This document shows positions 28,768-37,511 of a DNA stretch of 63,961 nt, in pieces. The notes under the pieces were generated by a model that saw nothing but the letters and a program-made list of their open reading frames with translations, was not told the DNA's origin and ran no database searches. The stretch lies in assembly GCA_018302765.1 (NCBI GenBank), contig JAGVZG010000006.1:1-63961 (forward strand). Direction: 5' to 3'. The stretch's first letter is position 1. Every line of letters starts with the position of its first letter. A program made the translations under genes and the position numbers. The DNA is from Candidatus Woesearchaeota archaeon. Lineage in GTDB: Archaea > Nanobdellota > Nanobdellia > SCGC-AAA011-G17 > GW2011-AR18.

Positions 28768-29409
28768 TTAATTATATTTACTTACTCCATTTTTAGGACA
28801 TAGCTTATTCAAAGGGCATTTGTTACAATAAGGAATTAGAGCTTGGCAAATTGCCCTTCCATGTGCCTTCAAAATATAAGAAATCTTCCCCCATTCTTTT
28901 TCAGGAATTATTCTATCCAAATCTTTTTCAATTTTGTCTGGATTTTTATTTTTAGTCCAACCTAAACGGTAGCTCAACCTAATAACATGTGTATCTACAG
29001 GAATACCATTAACAATGCCATAAGTATTGATTAAAATTGTATTGGCTGTTTTTCTTCCTACTCCAGGAAGGTTTGTTAATTCTTCAATAGTTTTAGGAAT
29101 TTTCCCATTGTATCTTTCAACTAAAATCTTACAAGATTCTTTAATGTTTTTCGCTTTATTTCCAGCAAAAGTAATTGTTTTAATATCATTAGTTAATTCT
29201 TTCAAATCAGATTCAGCAAAATCTTCAGCAGTTTTATATTTTTTAAAAAGATCTTTAGTGCAAGCATTAACAACCTCATCTCTAACTTGAGCACTTAGTA
29301 TTGCAGCAACTAATAATTCAACAGGATTAGAAAAATTAATGTAATATTTTGCATCAGGATAAGCTTTTTTTAAAATGATAATTATCTCTAAAATATGTTT
29401 TTGATTCAT
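28768..29409 (-). CDS. nth: Endonuclease III
   Basis: LSAQ, HhH motif LPGVGRKTAN, VDTHV, C-terminal CxxxxxxCxxCxxxxxC Fe-S motif. Confidence 0.97.
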   Translation of the reverse strand: MNQKHILEIIIILKKAYPDAKYYINFSNPVELLVAAILSAQVRDEVVNACTKDLFKKYKTAEDFAESDLKELTNDIKTITFAGNKAKNIKESCKILVERYNGKIPKTIEELTNLPGVGRKTANTILINTYGIVNGIPVDTHVIRLSYRLGWTKNKNPDKIEKDLDRIIPEKEWGKISYILKAHGRAICQALIPYCNKCPLNKLCPKNGVSKYN

Positions 29410-29463
29410 ATTTATATACTTAAATACATAAATATTAATATTTCCATAAATGATAAAAAAACT

Positions 29464-30129
29464 ATGTTACTAAAAGTTCCATTTTACATACAAGGAATAA
29501 ATGAATGTGGTCCAGCAGCATTGCAAATGGTATTAGAATTCTTTGGAGAAGAACACAATAGAGAAAAAATAAAAAAATTAGTTGAAAGTGAAAGTACGGG
29601 AGCAACATGGACTACTGGTTTAGCAAAAACTGCTGCACAACTTGGATTTAAAACAGAATTTTACAGTAAATCTCTAGGATTTAATCCAGAAAATTTTGAT
29701 TTAGAATATTATCAAAGAGAAACAGATGGTGCAGAAACTGCAGAAATAAAAATTAAAAAACTACAAGCAGAGTGTATAAAATATAAAGTAAAGATGGAAG
29801 AAAGAGAAATTTCTATAAAAGAGATAATATCAAAAATAAATAAAAATTGTACCGCTATTGTTTTAATAGATTGGGGTAAAATAAAAAATCTAGAAAGATA
29901 CATTGGTCATTTTTTACCCATAGTAGGGTTTGATGAAGAAAATATTTATTTGCATCAGCCAGACCCAAAAGATCCAGAACCAAACTTCAAAATAAATAAA
30001 AATCTCTTTGACATTGCAAGAAAATCTAAAGGAACAGATGAAGATATTATTTTTATCTATAGAAAGATGCACTACCTGGGATTCGAACCCAGATCGAAAC
30101 CTTATTCCTTCTATAGAAACTTTTTCTAA
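29464..30129 (+). CDS. C39-like cysteine peptidase family protein
   Basis: VPFYIQ...ECGPAALQMVL, GHFLPIVGFDE, LHQPDP. The 3' end overlaps tRNA-Gly antisense. Confidence 0.8.
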   Translation: MLLKVPFYIQGINECGPAALQMVLEFFGEEHNREKIKKLVESESTGATWTTGLAKTAAQLGFKTEFYSKSLGFNPENFDLEYYQRETDGAETAEIKIKKLQAECIKYKVKMEEREISIKEIISKINKNCTAIVLIDWGKIKNLERYIGHFLPIVGFDEENIYLHQPDPKDPEPNFKINKNLFDIARKSKGTDEDIIFIYRKMHYLGFEPRSKPYSFYRNFF

Positions 30130-30174
30130 AAGTTCAATTGGGAAGGTTTAATGCTACCATTACACTAGTAGTGC
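30068..30174 (-). tRNA. tRNA-Gly(CCC) with a 36-nt intron at 37/38 (30103-30138)
   Basis: Acceptor GCACTAC/GTAGTGC, T arm CTGGG-TTCGAAT-CCCAG, anticodon stem AAACC/GGTTT; BHB helix TTCC:GGAA with bulges CA|A and TA|A. Confidence 0.93.
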
Positions 30175-30231
30175 ATAAATCATAGAACAACAATTAACTA
30201 TTTAAAGTTTTAACAATTTTTAAAAACTAAC
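30175..30231. promoter_or_regulatory. Divergent promoter region shared by tRNA-Gly and tRNA-Gln
   Basis: 57-bp AT-rich spacer with a TTTAAA TATA-like element (30201-30206) between head-to-head tRNAs. Confidence 0.4.
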
Positions 30232-30343
30232 AGCCCGTTCGTCTAGCGGCCAAGGATAAAGTAAATTTAAAAAACTTCCTTTGAGGGGACTCTGGATGAA
30301 TAAGAGAAATCCTCTGACGGAGGTTCAAATCCTCCACGGGCTA
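30232..30343 (+). tRNA. tRNA-Gln(CTG) with two introns: 25/26 (30258-30283, 26 nt) and 37/38 (30296-30308, 13 nt)
   Basis: Acceptor AGCCCGT/ACGGGCT, T arm GGAGG-TTCAAAT-CCTCC; BHB1 AAGG:CCTT with AT|A and TG|A; BHB2 CTCT:AGAG with GG|A and AA|A. Confidence 0.92.
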
Positions 30344-30547
30344 TTCTTTAATTTTAACAACTTCAATACGTCCAAGCTATCATAATATTTATATAAAATC
30401 CAAAGCAAGAATCATTTAAACAATAGCAACAGTACGCAAAGGGTATTGCAAATTAACAGCCTTAGATAAATTAGGAGGCAACTACAAATGAACAAACAAC
30501 AAATACAAGAAGGAACTTTTATATATTCACAAGAATCAAAGCAAAAT

Positions 30548-32680
30548 ATGCAAAAAAAGAAAAAGTTTTATATTACAACACCAATTTATTACATAAACGA
30601 TAAACCTTCTGTTGGAACAGCTTATACAACAGTAACAGCAGACATAATAGCAAGATGGCACAGATTAAAAGATGAAGATGTTTTCTATCTTACAGGATTA
30701 GATGAAAATGCACAAAAAACAGTACAAGCTTCAATTAAATTAGGATTTAAAGATGTAAAAAAATTTACAGACTTTATGTCAGAAGAATATCTAAAAACCT
30801 GGAAAGTATTAAACATAAGTAATGACGATTTCATAAGAACAACAGAAGAAAGACATCATAAGTTAGTAACTGAATTTATAGAAAAAGTAAAGAAAAAAGG
30901 AGATATTTACAAAGGAACTTATTCTGGTTTATATTGTGAAGGATGTGAAGCTTTTAAAACTGAAGAAGATTTAGTAAATGGATTGTGTCCAGATCATATA
31001 AAGGAACCAAAATACATAGAAGAACAAAACTACTTCTTTAAATTAAGCAAATACCGAGATGAAATTTTAAAACATATAAAAGAAAATCCAGATTTTATTC
31101 AACCAACATCAAGAAAAAACGAAATAGTTAATTTCCTAAAAATGGGTTTAAAAGATCTAAGTATAACAAGACAGAGTATGAACTGGGGAATTCCATTCCC
31201 AGGAGATGAAAAAACGCGCTTATATGTCTGGTTTGATGCTTTGATAAATTACTTACACCCTAAAGAATATTGGCCCGCAAATATTCATTTAATGGGGAAA
31301 GACATTATAAGATTTCATGCAATAACTTGGATTGGTATGCTCTTATCTGCAGGTTACAAACTTCCTAAAAAAGTATTTGCACATGGGTTTTTTACAGTAA
31401 ACGGACAAAAAATGTCTAAAAGTCTAGGAAATGTAATAGATCCAATTTACTTAGCAAATAAATACGGGGTAGATGCATTGAGATATTATTACGTAAGAGA
31501 AATACCATTTGGTCAAGATGGTGATTTCTCAGAAGAATCACTAAGAACAAGATTGAATAATGAACTAGCAAATGAATTAGGAAACTTAATATCAAGAACA
31601 TTAACATTAATGGAGAAAAAATTAAATTCAGAAATTAAAAAAGATAAAATAGATAAAGAATTATTTAAAAATTTAGATATAAAAAAAATAGATAAGTTTA
31701 TTGAAGACTTAGAGCCGCACAACGCAATAGCTGGAATATTTGGCTTTATACAAAATTGTAATTTTTACATCAATGAAAAAGCTCCATGGCAAATAGAAAA
31801 TAAAGAAAAATTAAATAAAATACTTTACAATCTTGTAGATGCGATAAGGATTATTTCAATTTTAATACAGCCATTTATGCCAAGTACTTCTGAAAAAATA
31901 AACAACCAAATAGGATTAGCAATTGTTAAAGCAACGCTAAAAGATTGTAAGCCTGGATTGCTTCCAACAACAAAAATAAATAAAGGAGAAATATTATTTA
32001 CGAAAGTTCTGACAAAAGAAGAACAATTGTTCGAAGCAAAATTCAGCAATATAAAATGCTCAGTTGACCCAGATGTTTCAAAAGTAGGTATTAAAGTAAA
32101 ATTCGCAGAAATTATAGGACTAAATATAAAAAGAAAACATATGGGTTTGGAAAAATTAAAAGATGAAGCAGAACATAGTTTTGAAATAAATGAAAAAGTA
32201 ATGGAAGGCTATGACAACTACTACAAGAAATTAGAAATAAAAAATGGAAAGTGTTCAGTCTATAATTTAATAGAATTAGTAAAAAAAGGTGGAAAACTAC
32301 CAACAATAAATACAGCAGTTGATTCTTACAATTTGGTTTCGCTTAAAAAAAGTTTGGTTGTAGGTGCTCATGATAGGGAAAAAATTAGAGGTGGTGTAAG
32401 ATTCAAAATATTAAATGGGACTGAATTTTATATTCCTTTATTCAAAAATGAAAAAGAAGAAGTCAATGTTGGTGAATTTGGTTGTGTGGATGACGAAAAA
32501 GTTCTTTGCAGAGCAGATATTAAACAAGGGAATCAAACAAAAGTAACTGAGCAAACAAAAAATATTATTCTTTACGTTCAAGGTAATGAATTTACTTCAG
32601 ATCAATACTTAGAAGAGGCACTACAAGAAATTTGCAATTTAATAATAAAATTCTGCGGTGGAGAATATAGAAAGATATAA
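30548..32680 (+). CDS. metG: Methionyl-tRNA synthetase (bacterial MetRS1-like) with C-terminal B3/4 domain fusion
   Basis: FYITTPIYY, TGLDENAQK, CEGC...CPDH knuckle, YVWFDALINY, KMSKSLGN. C-terminal about 210 aa carry LPTINTAVDSYNLVSL...GAHDREKI...GTEF...TKVTEQTKNI. Confidence 0.95.
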   Translation: MQKKKKFYITTPIYYINDKPSVGTAYTTVTADIIARWHRLKDEDVFYLTGLDENAQKTVQASIKLGFKDVKKFTDFMSEEYLKTWKVLNISNDDFIRTTEERHHKLVTEFIEKVKKKGDIYKGTYSGLYCEGCEAFKTEEDLVNGLCPDHIKEPKYIEEQNYFFKLSKYRDEILKHIKENPDFIQPTSRKNEIVNFLKMGLKDLSITRQSMNWGIPFPGDEKTRLYVWFDALINYLHPKEYWPANIHLMGKDIIRFHAITWIGMLLSAGYKLPKKVFAHGFFTVNGQKMSKSLGNVIDPIYLANKYGVDALRYYYVREIPFGQDGDFSEESLRTRLNNELANELGNLISRTLTLMEKKLNSEIKKDKIDKELFKNLDIKKIDKFIEDLEPHNAIAGIFGFIQNCNFYINEKAPWQIENKEKLNKILYNLVDAIRIISILIQPFMPSTSEKINNQIGLAIVKATLKDCKPGLLPTTKINKGEILFTKVLTKEEQLFEAKFSNIKCSVDPDVSKVGIKVKFAEIIGLNIKRKHMGLEKLKDEAEHSFEINEKVMEGYDNYYKKLEIKNGKCSVYNLIELVKKGGKLPTINTAVDSYNLVSLKKSLVVGAHDREKIRGGVRFKILNGTEFYIPLFKNEKEEVNVGEFGCVDDEKVLCRADIKQGNQTKVTEQTKNIILYVQGNEFTSDQYLEEALQEICNLIIKFCGGEYRKI

Positions 32681-33312
32681 TGAAAAAATATCTTAAAATA
32701 AATAAAGAAACTTACAATAAGACAATAGGGGATGCAAAAAAAGGAATAATTAAGAAAAAAAATAATTACAACAAAATAATAAACAAAGCTTGTAAATTTT
32801 TTGATAAAAACTCAAATGTATTAGAGCTGGGGCCTGGAAATGGTTATGTCTCTAAAACTTTATCAGAGAAAGGTTACAAAGTAATAGCAATAGAATTCGC
32901 AGAAAATAGAGCAAGGGTAGTAAAAAAATTAGCACCAAGGGTAAAAATCATTAACGATGAATTCTTACAACATAATTTTGGGGGAGAAAACTTCTCAGCA
33001 ATATTTGCAATATATTTTATTCACTTATTCCCACCAAAAGAATTAACAAAAACAATAAAAAAAATTCATAAATTATTAAAGAAAGACGGGTTAGTTATAA
33101 TAACAACAGATTTAAACAAAAAACCTAAAGAAGGATTTTTCCAACACCCATTTGCAAAATTTAAAGCCTTAAGATACAGAAGAAATTTCACAAAAAAAGA
33201 AATAAAAAACTTACTAAATAAAAACAAATTTAAAATATTAAAATATTTTAAAGATAAAGATCAATTAGACAGTAAAAAAATTTGGGTTACTTACATAGCT
33301 AAAAAAGTATGA
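32680..33312 (+). CDS. Class I SAM-dependent methyltransferase
   Basis: VLELGPGNG, VIAIEF, INDEF, FSAIFAIYFIHL. Confidence 0.9.
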   Translation: MKKYLKINKETYNKTIGDAKKGIIKKKNNYNKIINKACKFFDKNSNVLELGPGNGYVSKTLSEKGYKVIAIEFAENRARVVKKLAPRVKIINDEFLQHNFGGENFSAIFAIYFIHLFPPKELTKTIKKIHKLLKKDGLVIITTDLNKKPKEGFFQHPFAKFKALRYRRNFTKKEIKNLLNKNKFKILKYFKDKDQLDSKKIWVTYIAKKV

Positions 33313-33314
33313 AT

Positions 33315-33731
33315 TTATCTATTAATATAGTTTTCAAATGCAGGAATTAAATTATCAATAAGATTATATTTTTTATATTCTTTTGGATCAATCCAAACAT
33401 ATTCTTCATGATCTTCACTTAGTAAAACTTTATCTGATTCAGAAAAACATTCAAAAAACGTACCGACAATTTGCCATTGCTCTCCCCTTACAATAGGCCT
33501 CCATTCGTTTACAAAAAATGGCCTGCCGATTTTTATATTTAATCCAGTTTCTTCCTGAATTTCTCTAATTAAACTTTCATCAAACCTTTGCCCAGGTTTA
33601 ACCCTACCACCAACAACGTCAAACTTCCCAGCATTAGAACCATCTGTATATTTCATTGACTCTTTAAGTAATAAAACCTTTCCATTATAAACAATAAAAG
33701 CTTTTGTAGCAGTAAATAACTTAATTTCCAT
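33315..33731 (-). CDS. NUDIX hydrolase
   Basis: GGRVKPGQRFDESLIREIQEETGL Nudix box. Confidence 0.93.
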   Translation of the reverse strand: MEIKLFTATKAFIVYNGKVLLLKESMKYTDGSNAGKFDVVGGRVKPGQRFDESLIREIQEETGLNIKIGRPFFVNEWRPIVRGEQWQIVGTFFECFSESDKVLLSEDHEEYVWIDPKEYKKYNLIDNLIPAFENYINR

Positions 33732-33769
33732 AATAGCATAAAAATATTTGAATATTATAAATGTTTCCT

Positions 33770-33783
33770 TAAATTTATTTATA
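33770..33783. repeat. Left copy of 14-bp target-site duplication TAAATTTATTTATA
   Basis: Identical to 34742-34755. Confidence 0.85.
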
Positions 33784-34741
33784 TGTAGTATCCCACAAGT
33801 CTGTTACCTATAAATCAATAGTTTTCTGAACCCCTTTCTGTAATGTTCCAATGGAGTATCAAATTCAATTGCACTGTGATACCTTATGCAATTGTACCAG
33901 TGTACAAATTCATGAATATCTTTGTATCTCCAGTGATGTTCAATCCATGTCTTGAACCATCTTTCAATCTTCCCGTTTGTCTGTGGATGATTCCTGCGAG
34001 CAGTTATCAATTTAATCCCTAAACTTTCAAGTTCCTTCTCAAATGTGCTTATTCCTTTATTCCCTTCAAGTGTCTTTTTATTTGCGTAAAACTGCGCACC
34101 TTTGTCTGTAATTATTTCACGAGGCTTTCCATACAATTTAATCCCAATATTTAGAATCTTCAATGCACTTTCTGTCGTTGCTTCATTGAACATCCCATAA
34201 GCAGTAATAAATCTTGAATGGTCATCAATGTAAGCTATCAGCCAGCATTGAGTATTTTCTACCCATTTGTAATCTGTATGCCATGCGCTGTTACTGTGCT
34301 CCCTAGCATAAGGCCTGTAGCTTCTATGTTTCTGTTTCTTCTTGTCTTCCTTAGCCATCTCATTACTCATAAGTACTTTGTGTATGTAATTATGAGGCAC
34401 GTTAACATTATAGCGTTTACGAAGCATGATTTCCATATTCTTGGCTCCACAATGCTGCTCTGCATATACTTGGATTATTAGTTCAGTCCATTTTAATGGC
34501 CTTTCTTTCCTTGGTGAACCATTAATTCTATAATAATTATCAATTCCACGTTCGATTAATTTCTTATAAGTTCTTGGAATTGATTTAGTGTGCAACCCCA
34601 TGATAATTCCTAATTCTTTTTTTGTAAGTCTTTTATTATTTCTTAGAAACCATTTAAGCTTCTTCTTGCCTATAATTTTGCCTGCCATACAGGCAAGAAT
34701 GTCTATTCAATAAAAGGGTAACAAGGTTACGGGATACTACA
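33784..34741 (-). mobile_element. IS481-family insertion sequence (958 bp)
   Basis: TGT...ACA ends. Imperfect terminal inverted repeats TGTAGTATCCCACAAGTCTGTTACC and TGTAGTATCCCGTAACCTTGTTACC, with the first 11 bp identical. Flanked by a 14-bp direct repeat. Confidence 0.92.
33804..34688 (-). CDS. IS481-family DDE transposase
   Basis: WHTDYK, YIDDHSRF, ITDKGAQF, HPQTNGKIERWF integrase-core motifs; frame intact. Confidence 0.93.
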   Translation of the reverse strand: MAGKIIGKKKLKWFLRNNKRLTKKELGIIMGLHTKSIPRTYKKLIERGIDNYYRINGSPRKERPLKWTELIIQVYAEQHCGAKNMEIMLRKRYNVNVPHNYIHKVLMSNEMAKEDKKKQKHRSYRPYAREHSNSAWHTDYKWVENTQCWLIAYIDDHSRFITAYGMFNEATTESALKILNIGIKLYGKPREIITDKGAQFYANKKTLEGNKGISTFEKELESLGIKLITARRNHPQTNGKIERWFKTWIEHHWRYKDIHEFVHWYNCIRYHSAIEFDTPLEHYRKGFRKLLIYR

Positions 34742-34755
34742 TAAATTTATTTATA
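34742..34755. repeat. Right copy of 14-bp target-site duplication
   Basis: Identical to 33770-33783; contains the stop codon of the adjacent ATPase gene. Confidence 0.85.
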
Positions 34756-35562
34756 TGCCTTGCTTACATCTTTATTCCAAAAACTTGGTAAACCATTTTT
34801 AACAAAACCCCTAAATTCACTTGAATAAATATAAGTTAATCCTTCTACATTCTTAAATTCATCAAAATGTTCTTGCGCTTCAGAATAAATCTCTTTTATC
34901 TTCCCTCTTTCAAAATCTTTTTGCAATAAAGAACTAGGTTTTAAAATTAAAAAATCACTTTGTCTTATTACATTAATTTCTAAATTCGCAGAATTTTGTG
35001 AAATAAAAAATACTGAAAGGTCTTTATGTCTTGCTATTAATAATAAACTCGATAGTAATTTATTTACACCACTCATAGATTCCCTAGAACTAAACTCAAT
35101 TCCAGCCTCGTCAATTAAAACAATAGAACTGTTTGGTATACCATCAATTTTTTGAATAACATTAATCCAATAAGGTAAAGTTTCTTTTTTAAACCCCATT
35201 GCGCAAACATTTCTATCTGTTTTAGCTTTAATATTTTCTAATAACTTCATACCAATAGCACTTTTGCCTGTACCTCTAGCACCTAAAATTATTCCTATAG
35301 CACTAGGGTTGCTTAGTAATTTATTTTCAAATTTAAAATAATCTCCATCTAAGCTTTTTACAATTTCAAAACCTTCATATCTTGCATCAATTTTAGGTCT
35401 AATTCTATTCTTGTTTTTATATTCAACTTCTTGTTTTTTCTTCTTAAGTTTAATGAATAAAAATCTAAAAACCCAATAAATTCCTTTAATAATAAACCAT
35501 AGTAATCTAAAAAACCCAATAAACATTCCAATAAAAATAGATTTTTTCTTCTTTCTTGCCAT
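34747..35562 (-). CDS. Membrane-anchored P-loop ATPase (Zot/pI-like)
   Basis: N-terminal TM segment, GARGTGKS, LIDEAG, LLIARHKD, FISQN. Confidence 0.7.
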   Translation of the reverse strand: MARKKKKSIFIGMFIGFFRLLWFIIKGIYWVFRFLFIKLKKKKQEVEYKNKNRIRPKIDARYEGFEIVKSLDGDYFKFENKLLSNPSAIGIILGARGTGKSAIGMKLLENIKAKTDRNVCAMGFKKETLPYWINVIQKIDGIPNSSIVLIDEAGIEFSSRESMSGVNKLLSSLLLIARHKDLSVFFISQNSANLEINVIRQSDFLILKPSSLLQKDFERGKIKEIYSEAQEHFDEFKNVEGLTYIYSSEFRGFVKNGLPSFWNKDVSKAYK

Positions 35563-35614
35563 TAACTAAAATTATCAGAATAAACTTTTAAGGCTTTCTA
35601 AAAAAATAAAAAAA

Positions 35615-35839
35615 TTAATGGGATTTAAACCCCCACCATAACATATGTAATCCAAATAAGAACACTAACAAACCTAAAGAATGTTCAAATGTAAACCACC
35701 CTTTTGGCCATATCATTAACAGTCCTAAAACTGCAGTAACTAAACCGCATAACGCCTTAAACCATCCCATTCCTGCACACTTGCATGGATCACAATGGCA
35801 CATAGAACACATTCCGCCACTCGTCTCTTTTTTTGCCAT
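35615..35839 (-). CDS. Small Cys-rich two-TM membrane protein
   Basis: CSMCHCDPCKC followed by two TM helices; GGAGGTG SD motif upstream. Confidence 0.7.
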   Translation of the reverse strand: MAKKETSGGMCSMCHCDPCKCAGMGWFKALCGLVTAVLGLLMIWPKGWFTFEHSLGLLVFLFGLHMLWWGFKSH

Positions 35840-35923
35840 ATAATAGCACCTCCGATTTAATAAATAAATCCTGGAAATACTGGTTTAAAAGCCTTTCTAT
35901 TAAGCTTTTAAAATTTTAAGAAA

Positions 35924-36130
35924 TTAGTCATAAAAACTTTGAACTTCTACTCTCTTCCCTTCTTTATCATAAATATAAATTTTATTTGACTCTTCATCTG
36001 ATGTCTTTTTATGATAACCATCACAAAAAGGTTTGTTCTTACTTAGTCCACACGTACATACCCATTTACTTTCATTTCCAATTTTAACTTCTACAGGTTG
36101 CTGTGAACTATGTAAAACTAATCTTGCCAT
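35924..36130 (-). CDS. CDGSH iron-sulfur domain protein
   Basis: WVCTCGLSKNKPFCDGYH. Confidence 0.93.
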   Translation of the reverse strand: MARLVLHSSQQPVEVKIGNESKWVCTCGLSKNKPFCDGYHKKTSDEESNKIYIYDKEGKRVEVQSFYD

Positions 36131-36160
36131 GATTATTAAAAGAATATCTCATATATAAAA

Positions 36161-36400
36161 TTAATGGCGACCTTTAAAGCCCAAAAAATCATCTTTAAAC
36201 CAAATAAGAATACCATTAAACAAAAGTATGTTAAATGTAAACCAACCTCTAGGCCATATTAACAATAAACCTAAAACTGTAGTAACTAAACCACAAACTA
36301 CTTTTAACCAACCCATACTTGAACAACTACACAGGTTACAGTGGCACATAGAACACATTCCGCCACTCATCTTTTTTTTGCTATATAATAGCACCTCCAA
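36161..36400 (-). pseudogene. Degenerate paralog of the 35615-35839 Cys-rich membrane protein
   Basis: Shares GGAGGTGCTATTATA upstream, but the ATG has become ATA. Near-identical MCSMCHC region; indels shift the second TM out of frame. Confidence 0.65.
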
Positions 36401-36476
36401 TTTATGATTAAATTTCAGAATTTATAATTTAAAAGGCTTTCCACTAAAATAAATAATTACATCTATTAAGACAAGT

Positions 36477-37451
36477 TCAATTATATCTAAAATTAATATA
36501 ATTTTTTATAATTTCAAATTTATTTTTATATTTTATTAAATCTTTCAACATATCACTTGAATGCCATTTTTTTCTTTTATAAATGCAATAATCTTCAATA
36601 ATGTTAAAGAAATTTAAAACAATTTTTATTGCAATTATTCTATCTAAAACAAGCTGCAAAGGATATTTAGAAAAATAATTTCTAATGAATATGCTTTGTT
36701 GTTTATCATTAAATCTGCATCCTGAAAATAATCCTGCAATATCTGTTTCTAAAATATCAATATCTGCACACTCCCAGTCTATTAATTTTATTCCTTGTTT
36801 TACTGATATTATGTTTTCTTTTTTCAAATCTCCGTGACACAAAACAAATTTTTTACAGTCTTTAAATATTGGCAAGGAATTGAACCAAAGCCCTAAAATA
36901 TTTTTTATATTGTTAAAAATAGGAATTATGGGTTTAATTCCTAAAAAAGTTATATAATTCTCTATCTGTTTATCTTCACCATTAGAAAATGTTTCAAATA
37001 TATTGCATTTATAAGGAATATAATCAGACTTATTGTAAGAAATTTTGAAGTTATGAAGTTTATGTAAATCTTTTGCAAGTTTTATGATTTGATTTTTAGT
37101 AAATTTATTTATTGATTTGCCGTCAATATATTCAACTATAGTAAAATGTTGTAATAAATTATTTCTTTCATTTAATAAAAATGCCTTAGGACTTATATTG
37201 AGATTTTCTATTTCTCTTAATACATTATATTCTTGTCTTTTAACTCTCCACTCATTCTTTTTAAAATAGTAATTTATTCTGGCAAGAAAACTATTGCTAC
37301 CATTTGTAATTAAATAAAGATGCGTTCCACCACCACTAGAAAAATATTTAACATTTAAAGTTTTTTTATAATAAATAAAGTCTAACTTATTTTTTAATAA
37401 ATAATTTTCTAAAAATTGTAAATTTTTATCATGAATTTTTTTATCAATCAT
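36477..37451 (-). CDS. Aminoglycoside phosphotransferase/choline kinase family protein
   Basis: LHKLH, CHGDLKKENII, LIDWE. Confidence 0.88.
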   Translation of the reverse strand: MIDKKIHDKNLQFLENYLLKNKLDFIYYKKTLNVKYFSSGGGTHLYLITNGSNSFLARINYYFKKNEWRVKRQEYNVLREIENLNISPKAFLLNERNNLLQHFTIVEYIDGKSINKFTKNQIIKLAKDLHKLHNFKISYNKSDYIPYKCNIFETFSNGEDKQIENYITFLGIKPIIPIFNNIKNILGLWFNSLPIFKDCKKFVLCHGDLKKENIISVKQGIKLIDWECADIDILETDIAGLFSGCRFNDKQQSIFIRNYFSKYPLQLVLDRIIAIKIVLNFFNIIEDYCIYKRKKWHSSDMLKDLIKYKNKFEIIKNYINFRYN

Positions 37452-37511
37452 AAATTATTTACTTAATTTATTATATTTAAATGATTTTAATAGTTTTTTT
37501 AGTGAATATAA

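Noticed and set aside
30400-30490. ACGCAAAG motif upstream of metG, reminiscent of the c-di-GMP-I riboswitch
   Set aside because: No GNRA-capped P2 stem or receptor; the segment reads better as a short gene remnant (IATVRKGYCKLTALDKLGGNYK).
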